Below are positions 27,484 to 37,329 of a stretch of 37,329 bases of DNA, piece by piece. A program made the position numbers and the translations under genes. The stretch spans positions 1 to 37,329 of the forward strand of contig PUPC01000132.1 in assembly GCA_003553185.1 (NCBI GenBank), written 5' to 3'. The stretch is from Planctomycetota bacterium (GTDB taxonomy: Bacteria; Planctomycetota; PUPC01). Positions within the stretch are counted from its first letter, which is position 1. Every line of letters begins with the position of its first letter. A model generated the notes under the pieces. That model was given only the letters and a program-made list of their open reading frames with translations. It was not told where the DNA came from and made no database searches.

Positions 27484-28599
27484 GTGCTGATTTCATTTGC
27501 GATCGCCCTGTTCGCGTCTGCCGTGATCTGTTCGGCGGTCCTGTCGATTGCCGTCCGCCGGCTGGCGGTGAAAGTCGGGCTGATCGACAGGCCGGCCCAC
27601 CGCAAGATGCATTCCGAACCGACCCCATTGGGCGGCGGGATCGCCATCTTCGCCACGACTGCGGGGATTATTTGTGCCGCACTCCTTTTTTCCATTGTCC
27701 AGAACGCGCTGGGGATCAGCCCCTGGCTGCCTAATCTGCTGCACAGCCAGATACCGCTCGTGGTGGCCCGTGCCCCGGTGGCTTTCTATGTGCTCGCCGG
27801 GGGAGCCGTCATTTTTGTGCTCGGCCTGGTCGACGACATTCGCGGGTTGCGGCCCTGGCAGCGGCTTGCGGTCCAGGCGGGGGTGGCCGCGGCTCTTTAT
27901 TTCGCGTCAGAGGACCTTCGGCTGACCGCGTTCGCCGAGTGGCCAGTGCTCCCATTCTGCTACACGGTCTTGTGGATTGTCGGGCTGACCAACGCATTCA
28001 ACCTTCTTGACAACATGGACGGGTTGAGTGCCGGGGTCGCGATGATTGTCTCGCTGGTTCTTATCGTCATCGCGATTATGACCGAGCAGTACTTCATGGC
28101 GGCGACACTGCTGGTCTTTTGCGGGGCGCTGCTCGGATTCCTGGGTTTGAACTTCCCGCCCGCCTCGTTGTTTATGGGTGACGCCGGCAGCATGTTCATC
28201 GGATACATGCTGGGAGTTTCGACCATCCTATTCACCTATTTTGTTCCCGGCGAGGGCATCAGCCCGGTATCCGCCCTGCTCACGCCGGTCGTCGTGATGG
28301 CAGTCCCTCTCTACGACACCATCTCGGTGGTGCTCATACGTCTGGGCGAGCGGCGGCCGATCATGGTCGCGGACAAAAGCCATTTCTCTCACCGGCTGGT
28401 CGACCTGGGCATGACCCCGCGTTCCGCCGTCCTGACGATCTATCTGTTCACCCTCGCGACCGGTCTGCTCGCCCCGCTGCTGCTCAAGGTCAGCCCCGCC
28501 TTATCGTGGCTGGTGCTGGCCGACGTCGCTCTGCTGCTGTTTCTCGTATGGCTGCTCGAGCATGCCGGCCGCATTGGTCAGACACAGGAGGGCGAATAG
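27484..28599 (+). CDS. MraY/WecA/TagO-family polyprenyl-phosphate HexNAc-1-phosphate transferase
   Basis: D.P..RK.H..PTP.GGG, GLVDD, TNAFNLLDNMDGL, NFPPA.LFMGDAGS, D..HF.HRL; start GTG 27484 chosen from the GGAG RBS (ORF is open from 27388). Confidence 0.9.
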   Translation: MLISFAIALFASAVICSAVLSIAVRRLAVKVGLIDRPAHRKMHSEPTPLGGGIAIFATTAGIICAALLFSIVQNALGISPWLPNLLHSQIPLVVARAPVAFYVLAGGAVIFVLGLVDDIRGLRPWQRLAVQAGVAAALYFASEDLRLTAFAEWPVLPFCYTVLWIVGLTNAFNLLDNMDGLSAGVAMIVSLVLIVIAIMTEQYFMAATLLVFCGALLGFLGLNFPPASLFMGDAGSMFIGYMLGVSTILFTYFVPGEGISPVSALLTPVVVMAVPLYDTISVVLIRLGERRPIMVADKSHFSHRLVDLGMTPRSAVLTIYLFTLATGLLAPLLLKVSPALSWLVLADVALLLFLVWLLEHAGRIGQTQEGE

Positions 28600-30947
28600 T
28601 GACGAGCGACAGGCGCGACGGGAGCACACCCGACCGTTCCGCCGTTTTCTTCTCGCGGGCGCTTCTCTCGACAGGCCTTTTCCTGTTGGTGCTGACACCG
28701 ATCGCCGTTGTCACTATGGCCGGGACGGGGACGGACGCCGTGCATCTCCTGACTCTGTCTCTGGCGTTCGCCGGGGCGTTCTTTCTTTTCCTACAAATGA
28801 TTTTCGACTGGCAGCTTCGGGTGCCCTGGGGCTGGCCCGTATTGCTGGCACTGGGCATGCTGGTCATCGGGGTCGCTTCCGGGCTGTTTTCGAGCTGTCC
28901 CCAGGCCGCAATCATGACGCTGCTCACTTGGGTCGGCTATCTCGCCGTATTTCTGCTCGGAACACTTATGGGCCGCGGCGACGCCGGCTGGAAGGTCACG
29001 CGAGCCATCTGTGCCCTCGCCCTGCCCCTGGCTGTGTACGCGGTGCTGCAATATGGGGTCTTGCTCGATGAACTCGCCGAGATCATCCGCGAGGATAAAA
29101 GGGCGGTCCTGACCCAGATGGGATTGGCTGAGCGCGATTACGAGGCGCTGCTGCGGCGTGCCGAGAGTAGGCGTGTGTTTGGCACGTTCGCCCTGCCGAC
29201 GAGTCTGGCAGCGTTTTTCCTGCTCACGATTCCACCGTCAGTTGCTATGGCCTCGGCTGCTCGAACAAAAAAGGCGCGCTGCCTGTCAGCCGCTGTTGTT
29301 GCCTTGGCTGCAATCGGCCTGTTTCTCACGTTTTCCAAGGGCGGCTGGTTGGTCGCGTTGATGGTGCTGCTCCTCTTCTTCGTCGTGCAGGGCCGCGGTT
29401 GGTTACGTCGACAATGGAAGGTGTGCGGAATTTTGGTGTTCGCGGCGGCCCTAACATTTGGAGTGTTCTATTCCGTCTCGCCCGGCCTGCGAGGGCGTCT
29501 GGGGGCGATGCGACACGAGTTCCGAGCTTCTGCCAGGGTGCGTGTCCAGTATTGGACGGCCGGCCTTTCCATGTGGCGGACCCGGCCGGTTCTTGGCATC
29601 GGACCGGGCAACTTCCGGCACCACTATCTTAGCCACAAGCCGGTCGCCGCCGAAGAGGTGCGATACGCTCATAACGATTACGTCCAACTGCTCGCGGAAG
29701 GCGGACCGACTGCGGCGGCGGTCTACGGCCTGTTCTGGCTGGCGGTGCTGGCCATTGCGTGGCGGGCGGTAAAAATACGGGCGGGGGAAGCCGCCCCGAT
29801 TAAAGCGGGCGGGCCCGACCACGGTGAAGATACGAAGCCGTTCCCTGCCCGGTGGCTGGTGCCCGCTGCCGCGCTGTGCGGCATTCTGATGGCCGAAATG
29901 CTCGCCCGCCCGATGTCTGTCTCCGCGAGCGATTGGGTGAACCGGTTGGCGTTTCTGGCGTTTGCCGGTCTGTGGGCCGCCGGCTACGCCATCTCCGGCC
30001 TGGTATCCGTCGAAAGGCAATCCCGTCGTGCCCTGCAAATCGGCCTTGTGGCGGGACTGCTCGCCTTCGCTCTGCACTCTTTTCTCGATCCGAATCTATA
30101 CGTCGAGGGCGTTGCGACCGTGGCGTTCGCCCTCGCCGGGGTTGTCGTCGCCCCCAGCTTGCGGCATCGCACGGTACAGCTCCGGGCAACGCAGCGGCTG
30201 GTTGTGTTGATCGCCGGAGCGGTAATTTGTCTGGGTATTCTGTTTGTCGTATCGCGGGTGTCGCTCGCTCGTACTACGGTTCAACAGGGCGAGGCCGTCC
30301 TTGGTCAACTCCACGCGGCCGACCGGCCTGAAGAAGTGCGCCGGCTGGCAGCACAGGGAGAAGCCATCTTCTCGGAGGCGGTCCGCGGTAATCCGTTTGA
30401 TTTCCGAGCGCATCTTGGTCGGGCCGAATGTCTCGAGATAAAACTCGCGTTACATCCGACCCGCGAGCACTTCTCCAATGCCGTGGCGGCGTGGCGCAGC
30501 ACGATCCGGCGCAATCCGTCGGGTGCCGAGTTTCACTGGCGGCTGGGCCAGTTGTTCGCAGAGTATGCCGACCATGACCTGATCCGGATCCTGATATCGG
30601 ACCGATATGCCCCCGAGTACGCCGATGCCATGCCCCCCCTGCCCTCCCCTGTTCGGAAAGTCTATCGGCCGGCCGTGGCGCACATGGCGCGGGCAACGGA
30701 ACTTGCTCCCACCAGCCCCCGGGTGCGTCTGCGATACGGCCGCGTGCTCAAGCAGGCCGGCCAGGCCGAGGCGGCAACCGAGCAGCTTCATATCGCGCTG
30801 GAGTTGAACCGGCGGATGATCGCCGGGGACGCGCCCAAACGCCAGTTGCTTGACACTGCTGAACTGGACGAGATAAAGCGGGAGCTCAAGTTGATTGAGA
30901 GGGGCGGGGGTGGTATAATTCCTTTTGAAAGGCCCGGGCATCGATGA
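28599..30947 (+). CDS. O-antigen ligase (Wzy_C)-family membrane protein with C-terminal TPR-like region (782 aa)
   Basis: GTG overlaps the upstream stop, RBS AGGAGG; R.FGTF..P, T.SKGG, R..YW...L.M....P..GIGPGNF, AHNDY.Q...E.G; helical repeats with NP/AP turns. Confidence 0.85.
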   Translation: MTSDRRDGSTPDRSAVFFSRALLSTGLFLLVLTPIAVVTMAGTGTDAVHLLTLSLAFAGAFFLFLQMIFDWQLRVPWGWPVLLALGMLVIGVASGLFSSCPQAAIMTLLTWVGYLAVFLLGTLMGRGDAGWKVTRAICALALPLAVYAVLQYGVLLDELAEIIREDKRAVLTQMGLAERDYEALLRRAESRRVFGTFALPTSLAAFFLLTIPPSVAMASAARTKKARCLSAAVVALAAIGLFLTFSKGGWLVALMVLLLFFVVQGRGWLRRQWKVCGILVFAAALTFGVFYSVSPGLRGRLGAMRHEFRASARVRVQYWTAGLSMWRTRPVLGIGPGNFRHHYLSHKPVAAEEVRYAHNDYVQLLAEGGPTAAAVYGLFWLAVLAIAWRAVKIRAGEAAPIKAGGPDHGEDTKPFPARWLVPAAALCGILMAEMLARPMSVSASDWVNRLAFLAFAGLWAAGYAISGLVSVERQSRRALQIGLVAGLLAFALHSFLDPNLYVEGVATVAFALAGVVVAPSLRHRTVQLRATQRLVVLIAGAVICLGILFVVSRVSLARTTVQQGEAVLGQLHAADRPEEVRRLAAQGEAIFSEAVRGNPFDFRAHLGRAECLEIKLALHPTREHFSNAVAAWRSTIRRNPSGAEFHWRLGQLFAEYADHDLIRILISDRYAPEYADAMPPLPSPVRKVYRPAVAHMARATELAPTSPRVRLRYGRVLKQAGQAEAATEQLHIALELNRRMIAGDAPKRQLLDTAELDEIKRELKLIERGGGGIIPFERPGHR
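30891..30919 (+). promoter_or_regulatory. Internal sigma70 promoter for bamD-like/lptE/ftsH
   Basis: TTGATT (30891-30896), N17, TATAAT (30914-30919) with extended -10 TG. Confidence 0.6.
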
Positions 30948-31825
30948 TTTCACCGCGACAATATTTTCTGCTAATGCTGCTGCTCATCCCGGTAGGGTGC
31001 GGGCGCCCCGGCGCCGCGTATGTCCGGCCCGATGCGTTGTACGAACAGGCAACCGAGCTGGCTGATGACGGCCGCCACCTTGCGGCCGCCCGATCACTGG
31101 AGCAGTTCGCACGGGATTTTCCGCACGACGAGAGGGCGCACGTAGCACAGTATAACAGCGGGATAGAATATCGTGCCGCAGGCGAGCCGGCTCGGGCCTT
31201 CCGCGCGTTCAGGATATTGCGGCGTCGGTTCGAGTATTCCTGGCTCATACCGGATGCGAACGAACATGTCCTGGAGATCGGCCGGGAGCTTCTGGAGGCC
31301 GGTGATCGGCTGGGCCTGGATGCGTTAGAGTTTGTGATAACGTCCGCCCGGCGGAGCGCGGCGGCGGTCGAGGCACATCTGGCCCTGGGCGAGTATTACT
31401 ATGAACGGGGCCGGTTCGCCGATGCCCGTCACGAGTTTGCGACGGTCGGCGCCGAGTACCCGAATCACGAGAAAGCTCTGTACGCGGAGTTCCGGGCCGC
31501 ACTGTGCGCATATCGGCAGATCGGCCGGCCGGTGCGCAACATGCAGCACCTGCGGGAAGCCCGCGTCCGATTTCAGGAGCTGGTCGAATCCGACCTCGAG
31601 CCGCGGCAGCGGGAACTGGCGGAACGCTATCTCAAGGCCACGGCCGAACTCGGGGCCGACCGCCATTTGGACATGGCACGGTTCCACCTGAAACAGGGCC
31701 GGCTACCGCGCGCCCGGGCCCACCTGGAGGAAGTGATCCGCAGGTATCCGGAGGCCGGAGAACGAGTCGCTGCTGCACAAGAAGTTCTGGAACTGATCCA
31801 AAACCGGTATAATAAAGAGGAATGA
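30944..31825 (+). CDS. bamD: TPR lipoprotein, BamD-like (293 aa)
   Basis: Lipobox-like PVGC; TPR helices with FP/YP turns, LA...L..A.F pattern; adjacent to lptE. Confidence 0.65.
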   Translation: MISPRQYFLLMLLLIPVGCGRPGAAYVRPDALYEQATELADDGRHLAAARSLEQFARDFPHDERAHVAQYNSGIEYRAAGEPARAFRAFRILRRRFEYSWLIPDANEHVLEIGRELLEAGDRLGLDALEFVITSARRSAAAVEAHLALGEYYYERGRFADARHEFATVGAEYPNHEKALYAEFRAALCAYRQIGRPVRNMQHLREARVRFQELVESDLEPRQRELAERYLKATAELGADRHLDMARFHLKQGRLPRARAHLEEVIRRYPEAGERVAAAQEVLELIQNRYNKEE

Positions 31826-32343
31826 AGACATTGAATCGAAAAGCGATATGGCTCCTGCCCGTGGCGATTGCCCTCACGAGTTGTGCCGGATATACCCATG
31901 GGTTCCGCTTGCCGGAAGGGGCTGAAGATGTCGAGACCATCGCCGTGGACATGTTTCGGAACAGAACATTATATATGAACCTTGATAGCGAATTCACGCT
32001 GGCTCTGCAGCGCGAGATCGAGGCGAAAACGCCGCTGCGCATCGCCAGCCGTGACGAGGCGGACACCCTGATCACCGGCTCGATCGAAGATTATGAGCGA
32101 GTCGTCTTGAGAGGGACAGATACCGACGAGGTGTCCAGATATCGGATAATTATGACCGTTAACTACACCTTCGAGCGATTGCCATCGGACGGCGCCGAGC
32201 GCCGTGAGATTCGCAGAGCGGTCAACTTGAAGCGATCGGCCGAGTACGAAGTCCGCTCGGCGGTGACCGAATCCCAGGCCCGAGCGCGCGCGGTTCGGCG
32301 TACGGCGCGCGGGCTGGTCAGCCACTTGTTTGAAACCTGGTAA
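31822..32343 (+). CDS. lptE: LPS-assembly lipoprotein LptE family (173 aa)
   Basis: Lipobox LTSC-AGY; TIAV..F.N.T, T..L..E, ADT.I.G.I. Confidence 0.8.
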   Translation: MKTLNRKAIWLLPVAIALTSCAGYTHGFRLPEGAEDVETIAVDMFRNRTLYMNLDSEFTLALQREIEAKTPLRIASRDEADTLITGSIEDYERVVLRGTDTDEVSRYRIIMTVNYTFERLPSDGAERREIRRAVNLKRSAEYEVRSAVTESQARARAVRRTARGLVSHLFETW

Positions 32344-32358
32344 AAAGGAGTATATCAC

Positions 32359-34488
32359 TTGCCGGACATGCAGAAACCACCTGGAAAGAAAGGGCCCGGA
32401 CCGCCCGACCAGCGCCCGCCCTCACGATTCGGCCGGGGCTGGATATTCTGGCTCTTGATCATCGGCCTCATCGCCGTATTCTGGCACCTGAGCGCGGACA
32501 CAATGACCGATGCCAAATCGGTCGGCCTGACCACGTTCCGGAAGCACATATTGGCAGGCCACGTAGAACAAATCACCGTCAAGAGCGACTACTGGGAGGC
32601 CCGATTAAGAGAACCGGAAGAAGGCGAACCGTACCCTACAAAAGAAGGCGCCAAGGTCCAGGTCATTCGATATGAAACCCCTTACGAAGACGGTTCCTCG
32701 ATCGAGGCCCAAAAGATATATGATACGATCGAACGGTTCAACGAAAAGGTCGAGCGGGCACGGGCCGAGGAGGTTGAAGAGCCCGAACTGGCCAAGTACG
32801 CCCGATATGAGCCGCTCGATCCGATCAACGAGACCGCGGCAGGTCGGCTCTGGACTCTCTTCATTACGGTGCTCCCCTTCGTCTTGATCTTTGGGCTGAT
32901 GTACTTTCTCTTCTTCCGACACATGCGAGCGCCCGGCGGCCAGGGCATCCTGTCGTTCGGCAAGAGCCGAGCTCGCCTCTCCGAGAAGGAGAAGGTGAAC
33001 GTCACGTTTGACGACGTAGCCGGAATCGAAGAGGCCAAGGAGGAAGTCCAGGAGATCGTCCAATTCTTGAAAAACCCCGACCGCTTCCGCAAGTTGGGCG
33101 GCCGTCTTCCCCACGGTGTCCTTCTCGTCGGGCCGCCCGGCTCGGGCAAGACGCTGCTGGCCAAAGCGATCGCAGGCGAGGCGGACACGCCTTTCTACTC
33201 CATCAGCGGCTCCGACTTTGTCGAGATGTTCGTCGGTGTCGGTGCCTCGCGTGTGCGGGACCTGTTCCAGCAAGCGAAGGCAAATTCCCCCTGCATCATT
33301 TTTCTCGATGAGATCGATGCGGTCGGACGCCAGCGCGGGACCGGGCTCGGCGGCGGGCACGACGAACGCGAGCAGACACTGAACGCGATTCTGGTCGAGA
33401 TGGACGGGTTCGAAACCGATCAAGCAGTCATGGTCATTGCCGCGACCAATCGACCGGACGTGCTCGACCCCGCCCTGCGCCGACCGGGCCGGTTCGACCG
33501 TCAGATCATCGTCGATCTTCCCGACATCAAAGGCCGGGAAGGCATCCTCAAAGTCCATTCAAGCAAGATCAAGCTGGATAACGAAGACGACCTGAAAACG
33601 ATTGCCCGCAGCACCCCCAGCTTCTCCGGGGCGGACCTCGAAAACCTGATTAATGAAGCGGCCATACTGGCTACCATGCGGAACCACGACGCCGTCCTGC
33701 TGCGAGACCTGGAGGACGCCCGCGATCGCGTCCTGTGGGGACGAGAGCGGCGAAGCAAGGTGATTGACGATGCGGAACGACGGATCATCGCCATACACGA
33801 GGCGGGCCATGCCATCGTCGCCCATCTCGACCCCGACCACGAGCCGCTCCACAAAGTGGGGATCATTCCCCGCGGCATGGCACTGGGGGCTACCATGCAT
33901 CTGCCAGAGAAAGACCAGTACATGCTGGGCAAGCGCAAAGCCATGGCGAGCATTGCTACCCTGATGGCCGGTCGAGCGGCCGAGCAGCTATTCTGCGATG
34001 ATATCCACACCGGGGCCGCAGACGACATCCGGCGGGCGACCGACATCGCACGCCGAATGGTGACGCAATGGGGAATGAGCGACGACCTCGGCCCCATCGT
34101 ATATGGTGACGTGGAAGAACACCTGTTCCTGGGCAGAGAAGTCTCCCGCCACGAACAGGTCAGCGGCGAGATCGTCAGGAAGATCGACAAAGAAATTCGC
34201 CGTATCATCGACGAAGCCACGGAAACGGCCAGTAAATACCTGACCGAAAACGCAGAAGCAGTGGAGGCGGTCGTTACCGAATTACTCAAACGCGAGGTTC
34301 TCACGGCAGATCAGGTCGACCGACTCATCCGCGGCGAGGAACTGCCCGAACCGGAGCCGATTGCGACTCAGACACGCACTGAAGAAACTCCGCCGGAAGC
34401 AGATACCGCCGAGGACGCGGACCCGGAAACCGCCGAGCATCAGACCGATACCCCCGACCAGAAACCCGGTTACTCGCCCGTCCAGTGA
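32359..34488 (+). CDS. ftsH: ATP-dependent zinc metalloprotease FtsH (709 aa)
   Basis: Two TMs, [38 protein letters not shown]; TTG start after AAGGAG. Confidence 0.97.
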   Translation: MPDMQKPPGKKGPGPPDQRPPSRFGRGWIFWLLIIGLIAVFWHLSADTMTDAKSVGLTTFRKHILAGHVEQITVKSDYWEARLREPEEGEPYPTKEGAKVQVIRYETPYEDGSSIEAQKIYDTIERFNEKVERARAEEVEEPELAKYARYEPLDPINETAAGRLWTLFITVLPFVLIFGLMYFLFFRHMRAPGGQGILSFGKSRARLSEKEKVNVTFDDVAGIEEAKEEVQEIVQFLKNPDRFRKLGGRLPHGVLLVGPPGSGKTLLAKAIAGEADTPFYSISGSDFVEMFVGVGASRVRDLFQQAKANSPCIIFLDEIDAVGRQRGTGLGGGHDEREQTLNAILVEMDGFETDQAVMVIAATNRPDVLDPALRRPGRFDRQIIVDLPDIKGREGILKVHSSKIKLDNEDDLKTIARSTPSFSGADLENLINEAAILATMRNHDAVLLRDLEDARDRVLWGRERRSKVIDDAERRIIAIHEAGHAIVAHLDPDHEPLHKVGIIPRGMALGATMHLPEKDQYMLGKRKAMASIATLMAGRAAEQLFCDDIHTGAADDIRRATDIARRMVTQWGMSDDLGPIVYGDVEEHLFLGREVSRHEQVSGEIVRKIDKEIRRIIDEATETASKYLTENAEAVEAVVTELLKREVLTADQVDRLIRGEELPEPEPIATQTRTEETPPEADTAEDADPETAEHQTDTPDQKPGYSPVQ

Positions 34489-34528
34489 CGAAGCACACCT
34501 GACCCTATCGAGGTTCGCAAAGATACTG

Positions 34529-35593
34529 ATGAAAGACGATTGGGTGATTGCCCGCTCGGCACTCGAACTGAACCCGCGAGTCGTCGGGTGGGACGATGCC
34601 GGCGCCCCCAAACGAGTTGAAATGGACGACGGCAGCGTCATCGAGGGGAACGGGATGCCCGTGCGAGACCGAGCCCGCCAACTGGACGGTCCGGCCCAGG
34701 TGGTCCTGTCGACGCTCGACGCATTCGAGGCCCGCCCGCGGTCCTTTGAATGCCGCGGCCGGAGGTTGGAGATCGATGGCCGGACGGCGGTGATGGGAAT
34801 CATCAACACGACGCCGGACTCCTTCTCGGATGGCGGCAGGTTCCTAGACGCCGACCGGGCGATCGAGCACGGCCTGGCGCTGGTAGAAAACGGGGCCGAT
34901 ATACTCGATATCGGCGGCGAGTCCACCCGCCCGGGAGCCGAGCCCTGCTCCGCTGAGGAAGAACGCCACCGAACAGAACCGGTCGTCGCGGCCCTGGCGG
35001 AGAAAACTGATGTGCCCATCTCCATCGATACCAGCAAGCCGGAGGTCGCCCGCGCCGCACTGGAGGCAGGTGCCGGCCTGGTAAACGACGTGACCGGGCT
35101 GCGCGATCCAGAGATGGCACCGCTTGTTGCCGAGTACGATGCCGGGCTGATACTGATGCACATGCAGGGCGAACCGCGCACGATGCAGGAAGCCCCCCAT
35201 TACGAAGACGTCCTGGCCGAGGTCACCCTTTACCTGCGCCGGGCCATGGCCCGGGCGGCCGAAGGGGGCGTGCAACTCGGCCGGATCATTGTCGATCCGG
35301 GGATCGGTTTCGGCAAGACCCTCGCCCACAACACCGAGATCATCCGGCGGCTACCGGTGCTCGCTTCGCTGGGCTGTCCGATACTGATCGGCTGCTCGCA
35401 AAAATCGATGATCGCGCATGCACTGGGCCTGCCGGTCGAGCGCCGGCTGTTCCCGTCGCTGGCCCTCAACGTATTGAGCATCGCCGGCAGGGCTTCTATA
35501 ATCAGGGTTCATGATGTTGAGGCGGCCTGTCACGCTGCTGCGATGGCGGACGCTGTTCTGTACGGCACGAAACGGGACCTTGGGGGGGGATAG
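34529..35593 (+). CDS. folP: Dihydropteroate synthase with N-terminal extension (start approximate)
   Basis: MGIIN.TPDSFSDGG, DIGGESTRPG, SIDT, NDV, DPGIGFGK, IRVHDV. Confidence 0.93.
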   Translation: MKDDWVIARSALELNPRVVGWDDAGAPKRVEMDDGSVIEGNGMPVRDRARQLDGPAQVVLSTLDAFEARPRSFECRGRRLEIDGRTAVMGIINTTPDSFSDGGRFLDADRAIEHGLALVENGADILDIGGESTRPGAEPCSAEEERHRTEPVVAALAEKTDVPISIDTSKPEVARAALEAGAGLVNDVTGLRDPEMAPLVAEYDAGLILMHMQGEPRTMQEAPHYEDVLAEVTLYLRRAMARAAEGGVQLGRIIVDPGIGFGKTLAHNTEIIRRLPVLASLGCPILIGCSQKSMIAHALGLPVERRLFPSLALNVLSIAGRASIIRVHDVEAACHAAAMADAVLYGTKRDLGGG

Positions 35594-35598
35594 ATACG

Positions 35599-36402
35599 AT
35601 GCCACTCATACACTGGCTGACCAACAACTGGCAGATCGCGCTTGAGGTCCTTCTCCTCGCCTGCCTGTTCTATTTCGTCCTGTCGTTTTTGAAGGGAAGC
35701 CGCGGGGCGGGTGTATTGCGCGGTCTGGCCATTGTGTTTTTGATCGTAGTGGTCATCTTCCTCACACTCGCCGCCACTCTGGATATGTACGTGCTGAGTT
35801 GGCTTATCAACCGCGGTGCCACATTCGTGGCGTTCCTGCTCATCGTGATCTTTCAGCCGGAGCTCCGGGGGGCATTGCTCCGTGTCGGCCAGAATCCGCT
35901 TTTCACCCCTTTCTTCCGCGAGAGCTGGGACGCGTCGCAACAGATCACGGAAGCGGTGATGGCCATGGCACGAGAGCGGATCGGAGCATTGATCGCAGTA
36001 CAGAGATCGGTCGGGCTGAAAACGTTTACCGAGGGCGGAAAACGGTTGGACGCCGAGGTCACGGCCGAATTGCTGGTAAGTATTTTCCGCCCGGGAAGCC
36101 CGTTGCACGACGGGGCCGTGGTCATCAAGGGAGACCGCTTGATCGCCGCCGCATGCCTGTTCCCACTTTCGGAGAACCCGAACATCGATACCAGCTTGGG
36201 TACGCGACACAGGGCGGGGATGGGCGTGACCGAAGAATCCGACGCCATTGCAATTATCGTGTCGGAAGAGACGGGGCAGGTGTCGGTCGCTCAGAACGGA
36301 CGCCTGACGCGGAATGTTGAAGAGAAGACTCTGCGGCAGTTGCTCCACGCCGTTTCCTCTGAAGAGGGCTTCCAGGCCGTCCCCGCGAAGGAGGCAGGTT
36401 GA
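35599..36402 (+). CDS. cdaA: Diadenylate cyclase CdaA (267 aa)
   Basis: Three N-terminal TMs, FQPELR, HDGAV, GTRHRA, VSEETG. Confidence 0.95.
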   Translation: MPLIHWLTNNWQIALEVLLLACLFYFVLSFLKGSRGAGVLRGLAIVFLIVVVIFLTLAATLDMYVLSWLINRGATFVAFLLIVIFQPELRGALLRVGQNPLFTPFFRESWDASQQITEAVMAMARERIGALIAVQRSVGLKTFTEGGKRLDAEVTAELLVSIFRPGSPLHDGAVVIKGDRLIAAACLFPLSENPNIDTSLGTRHRAGMGVTEESDAIAIIVSEETGQVSVAQNGRLTRNVEEKTLRQLLHAVSSEEGFQAVPAKEAG

Positions 36403-37329
36403 ACAAAACGATCTCATTTCTGCTCAAAAACAAGGTGCTTAAGCTCATCTCTCTGGCCCTGGCCATTGCGACCTGGGTCTATGTCAGCGAGCAGCGAGAC
36501 AAACAAAGCGAGCTTCAGGTCCCGTTGACCCTGCGAGTGCCCGAAGGCAAGTTCCTGCTTGAGCCGCGCACTCCCCCCATGCTGGGCCTGGTTCTGCGCG
36601 GGCCGGCCAGGGCCGTCACCCAGTTTCGAGAGGAAGCCCTTTACGCCGACATCGCCATCACCGACAAGGTATCGCGCCTGCCTGACACCTCGGAGTCCCC
36701 CCAGCCGATCACCATCCAGATCGGCCCGGAAGACATTCAGAATGTCCCTGACAATATGACCGTGCGATCTGTCGAGCCCCAGCGCATCTCGATACTGATC
36801 GATGAGCTGACAAGAAAGCGCCTGGACGTGGAGGTCGATCCCCGGCAAGACCTGAAAGGCGAATTGCAAGAGGGTTACCGAATACATCGAATCAGCCCCG
36901 TGCCCAACAAGGTGATGGCACAGGGGCCGCGCAGTATTCTGGCGCGACGCCAGACCATCCGCCCGCTCCCGCTGGACATAACCGGGCTTGGCCCGCAACC
37001 GTGGAACCCGACTATCCAACTTGATACCGGCGACGCCGAGACAGGCCTGCGCGAATGTTTGTCGCCGGAGCCGCCCGAGGTCCAGGTCTGGTTCTTCTTC
37101 ACTCGGCCGACAATTGAAAGGACTTTCGAACAAATCCCGATCATTATCCACGCCCCGCCCGGTTTCAATTACAAGGTGCTGGACGCCCAGACACACGAAC
37201 CCCTGAAGAATATCCCCGAGGTCACCATACGAGGCCCCGAGAACCTGTTGGAAGACAACGGCGTGGTCGTTCGCGCCATCGTTAACCTGACAGAGGTGGA
37301 CCCGGCCGGGACGCCGGAAATCGAAGAGA
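36399..37329 (+). CDS. CdaR/YbbR-like regulator, truncated by the window end
   Basis: TTG at 36399 overlaps the cdaA stop, RBS AAGGAGG; N-terminus KNKVLKLISLALAIATWVYV then V.P..V...GP-type repeats; absent from the ORF track, consistent with running off the window. Confidence 0.78.
   Translation, partial: MNKTISFLLKNKVLKLISLALAIATWVYVSEQRDKQSELQVPLTLRVPEGKFLLEPRTPPMLGLVLRGPARAVTQFREEALYADIAITDKVSRLPDTSESPQPITIQIGPEDIQNVPDNMTVRSVEPQRISILIDELTRKRLDVEVDPRQDLKGELQEGYRIHRISPVPNKVMAQGPRSILARRQTIRPLPLDITGLGPQPWNPTIQLDTGDAETGLRECLSPEPPEVQVWFFFTRPTIERTFEQIPIIIHAPPGFNYKVLDAQTHEPLKNIPEVTIRGPENLLEDNGVVVRAIVNLTEVDPAGTPEIEE

Noticed and set aside
35582-35589. G8 tract at the folP 3' end as a phase-variation site
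   Set aside because: It is short, lies in the last codons and probably doubles as the cdaA RBS region; no evidence of switching.
1-37329. CRISPR arrays, tRNA/rRNA genes, IS elements
   Set aside because: No regularly spaced repeats, cloverleaf motifs or transposase ORFs were recognised by eye; tRNAscan/Infernal were not run.

Overview
GC-rich bacterial chromosomal segment. It is probably from a Planctomycetota/PVC lineage, inferred from the giant SecA and the style of several hypothetical proteins, and not verifiable here. Left arm, mostly minus strand: an FHA protein; a 1652-aa SecA with a roughly 740-aa repeat-expanded wing region; a three-gene operon encoding 2-oxoacid-dehydrogenase-type E1 alpha, E1 beta and a lipoyl-PSBD-FabH(KAS III) fusion in place of a normal E2; a DUF151 nuclease; a LarA-family protein; a lipoprotein zinc peptidase on the plus strand; and a glycine-cleavage operon gcvH-gcvPA-gcvPB ending in an SHMT(GlyA)-GcvT fusion. 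The intergenic region upstream of gcvH holds a 28-bp dif-like near-palindrome and a divergent 60-aa anti-TRAP-like zinc protein. Next comes a minus-strand envelope/shape cluster (acpS, RDD protein, lnt, coiled-coil protein, small membrane protein, mreB, mreC, two hypotheticals). The plus-strand cluster that follows has a WecA/MraY-like transferase, an O-antigen-ligase/TPR protein, a BamD-like protein, lptE, ftsH, folP, cdaA and a truncated cdaR-like gene. No rRNA, tRNA, CRISPR array or transposase was recognised. The best candidate for an undescribed system is the E1 alpha/E1 beta/lipoyl-FabH operon. All family assignments come from motif recognition, not database searches.
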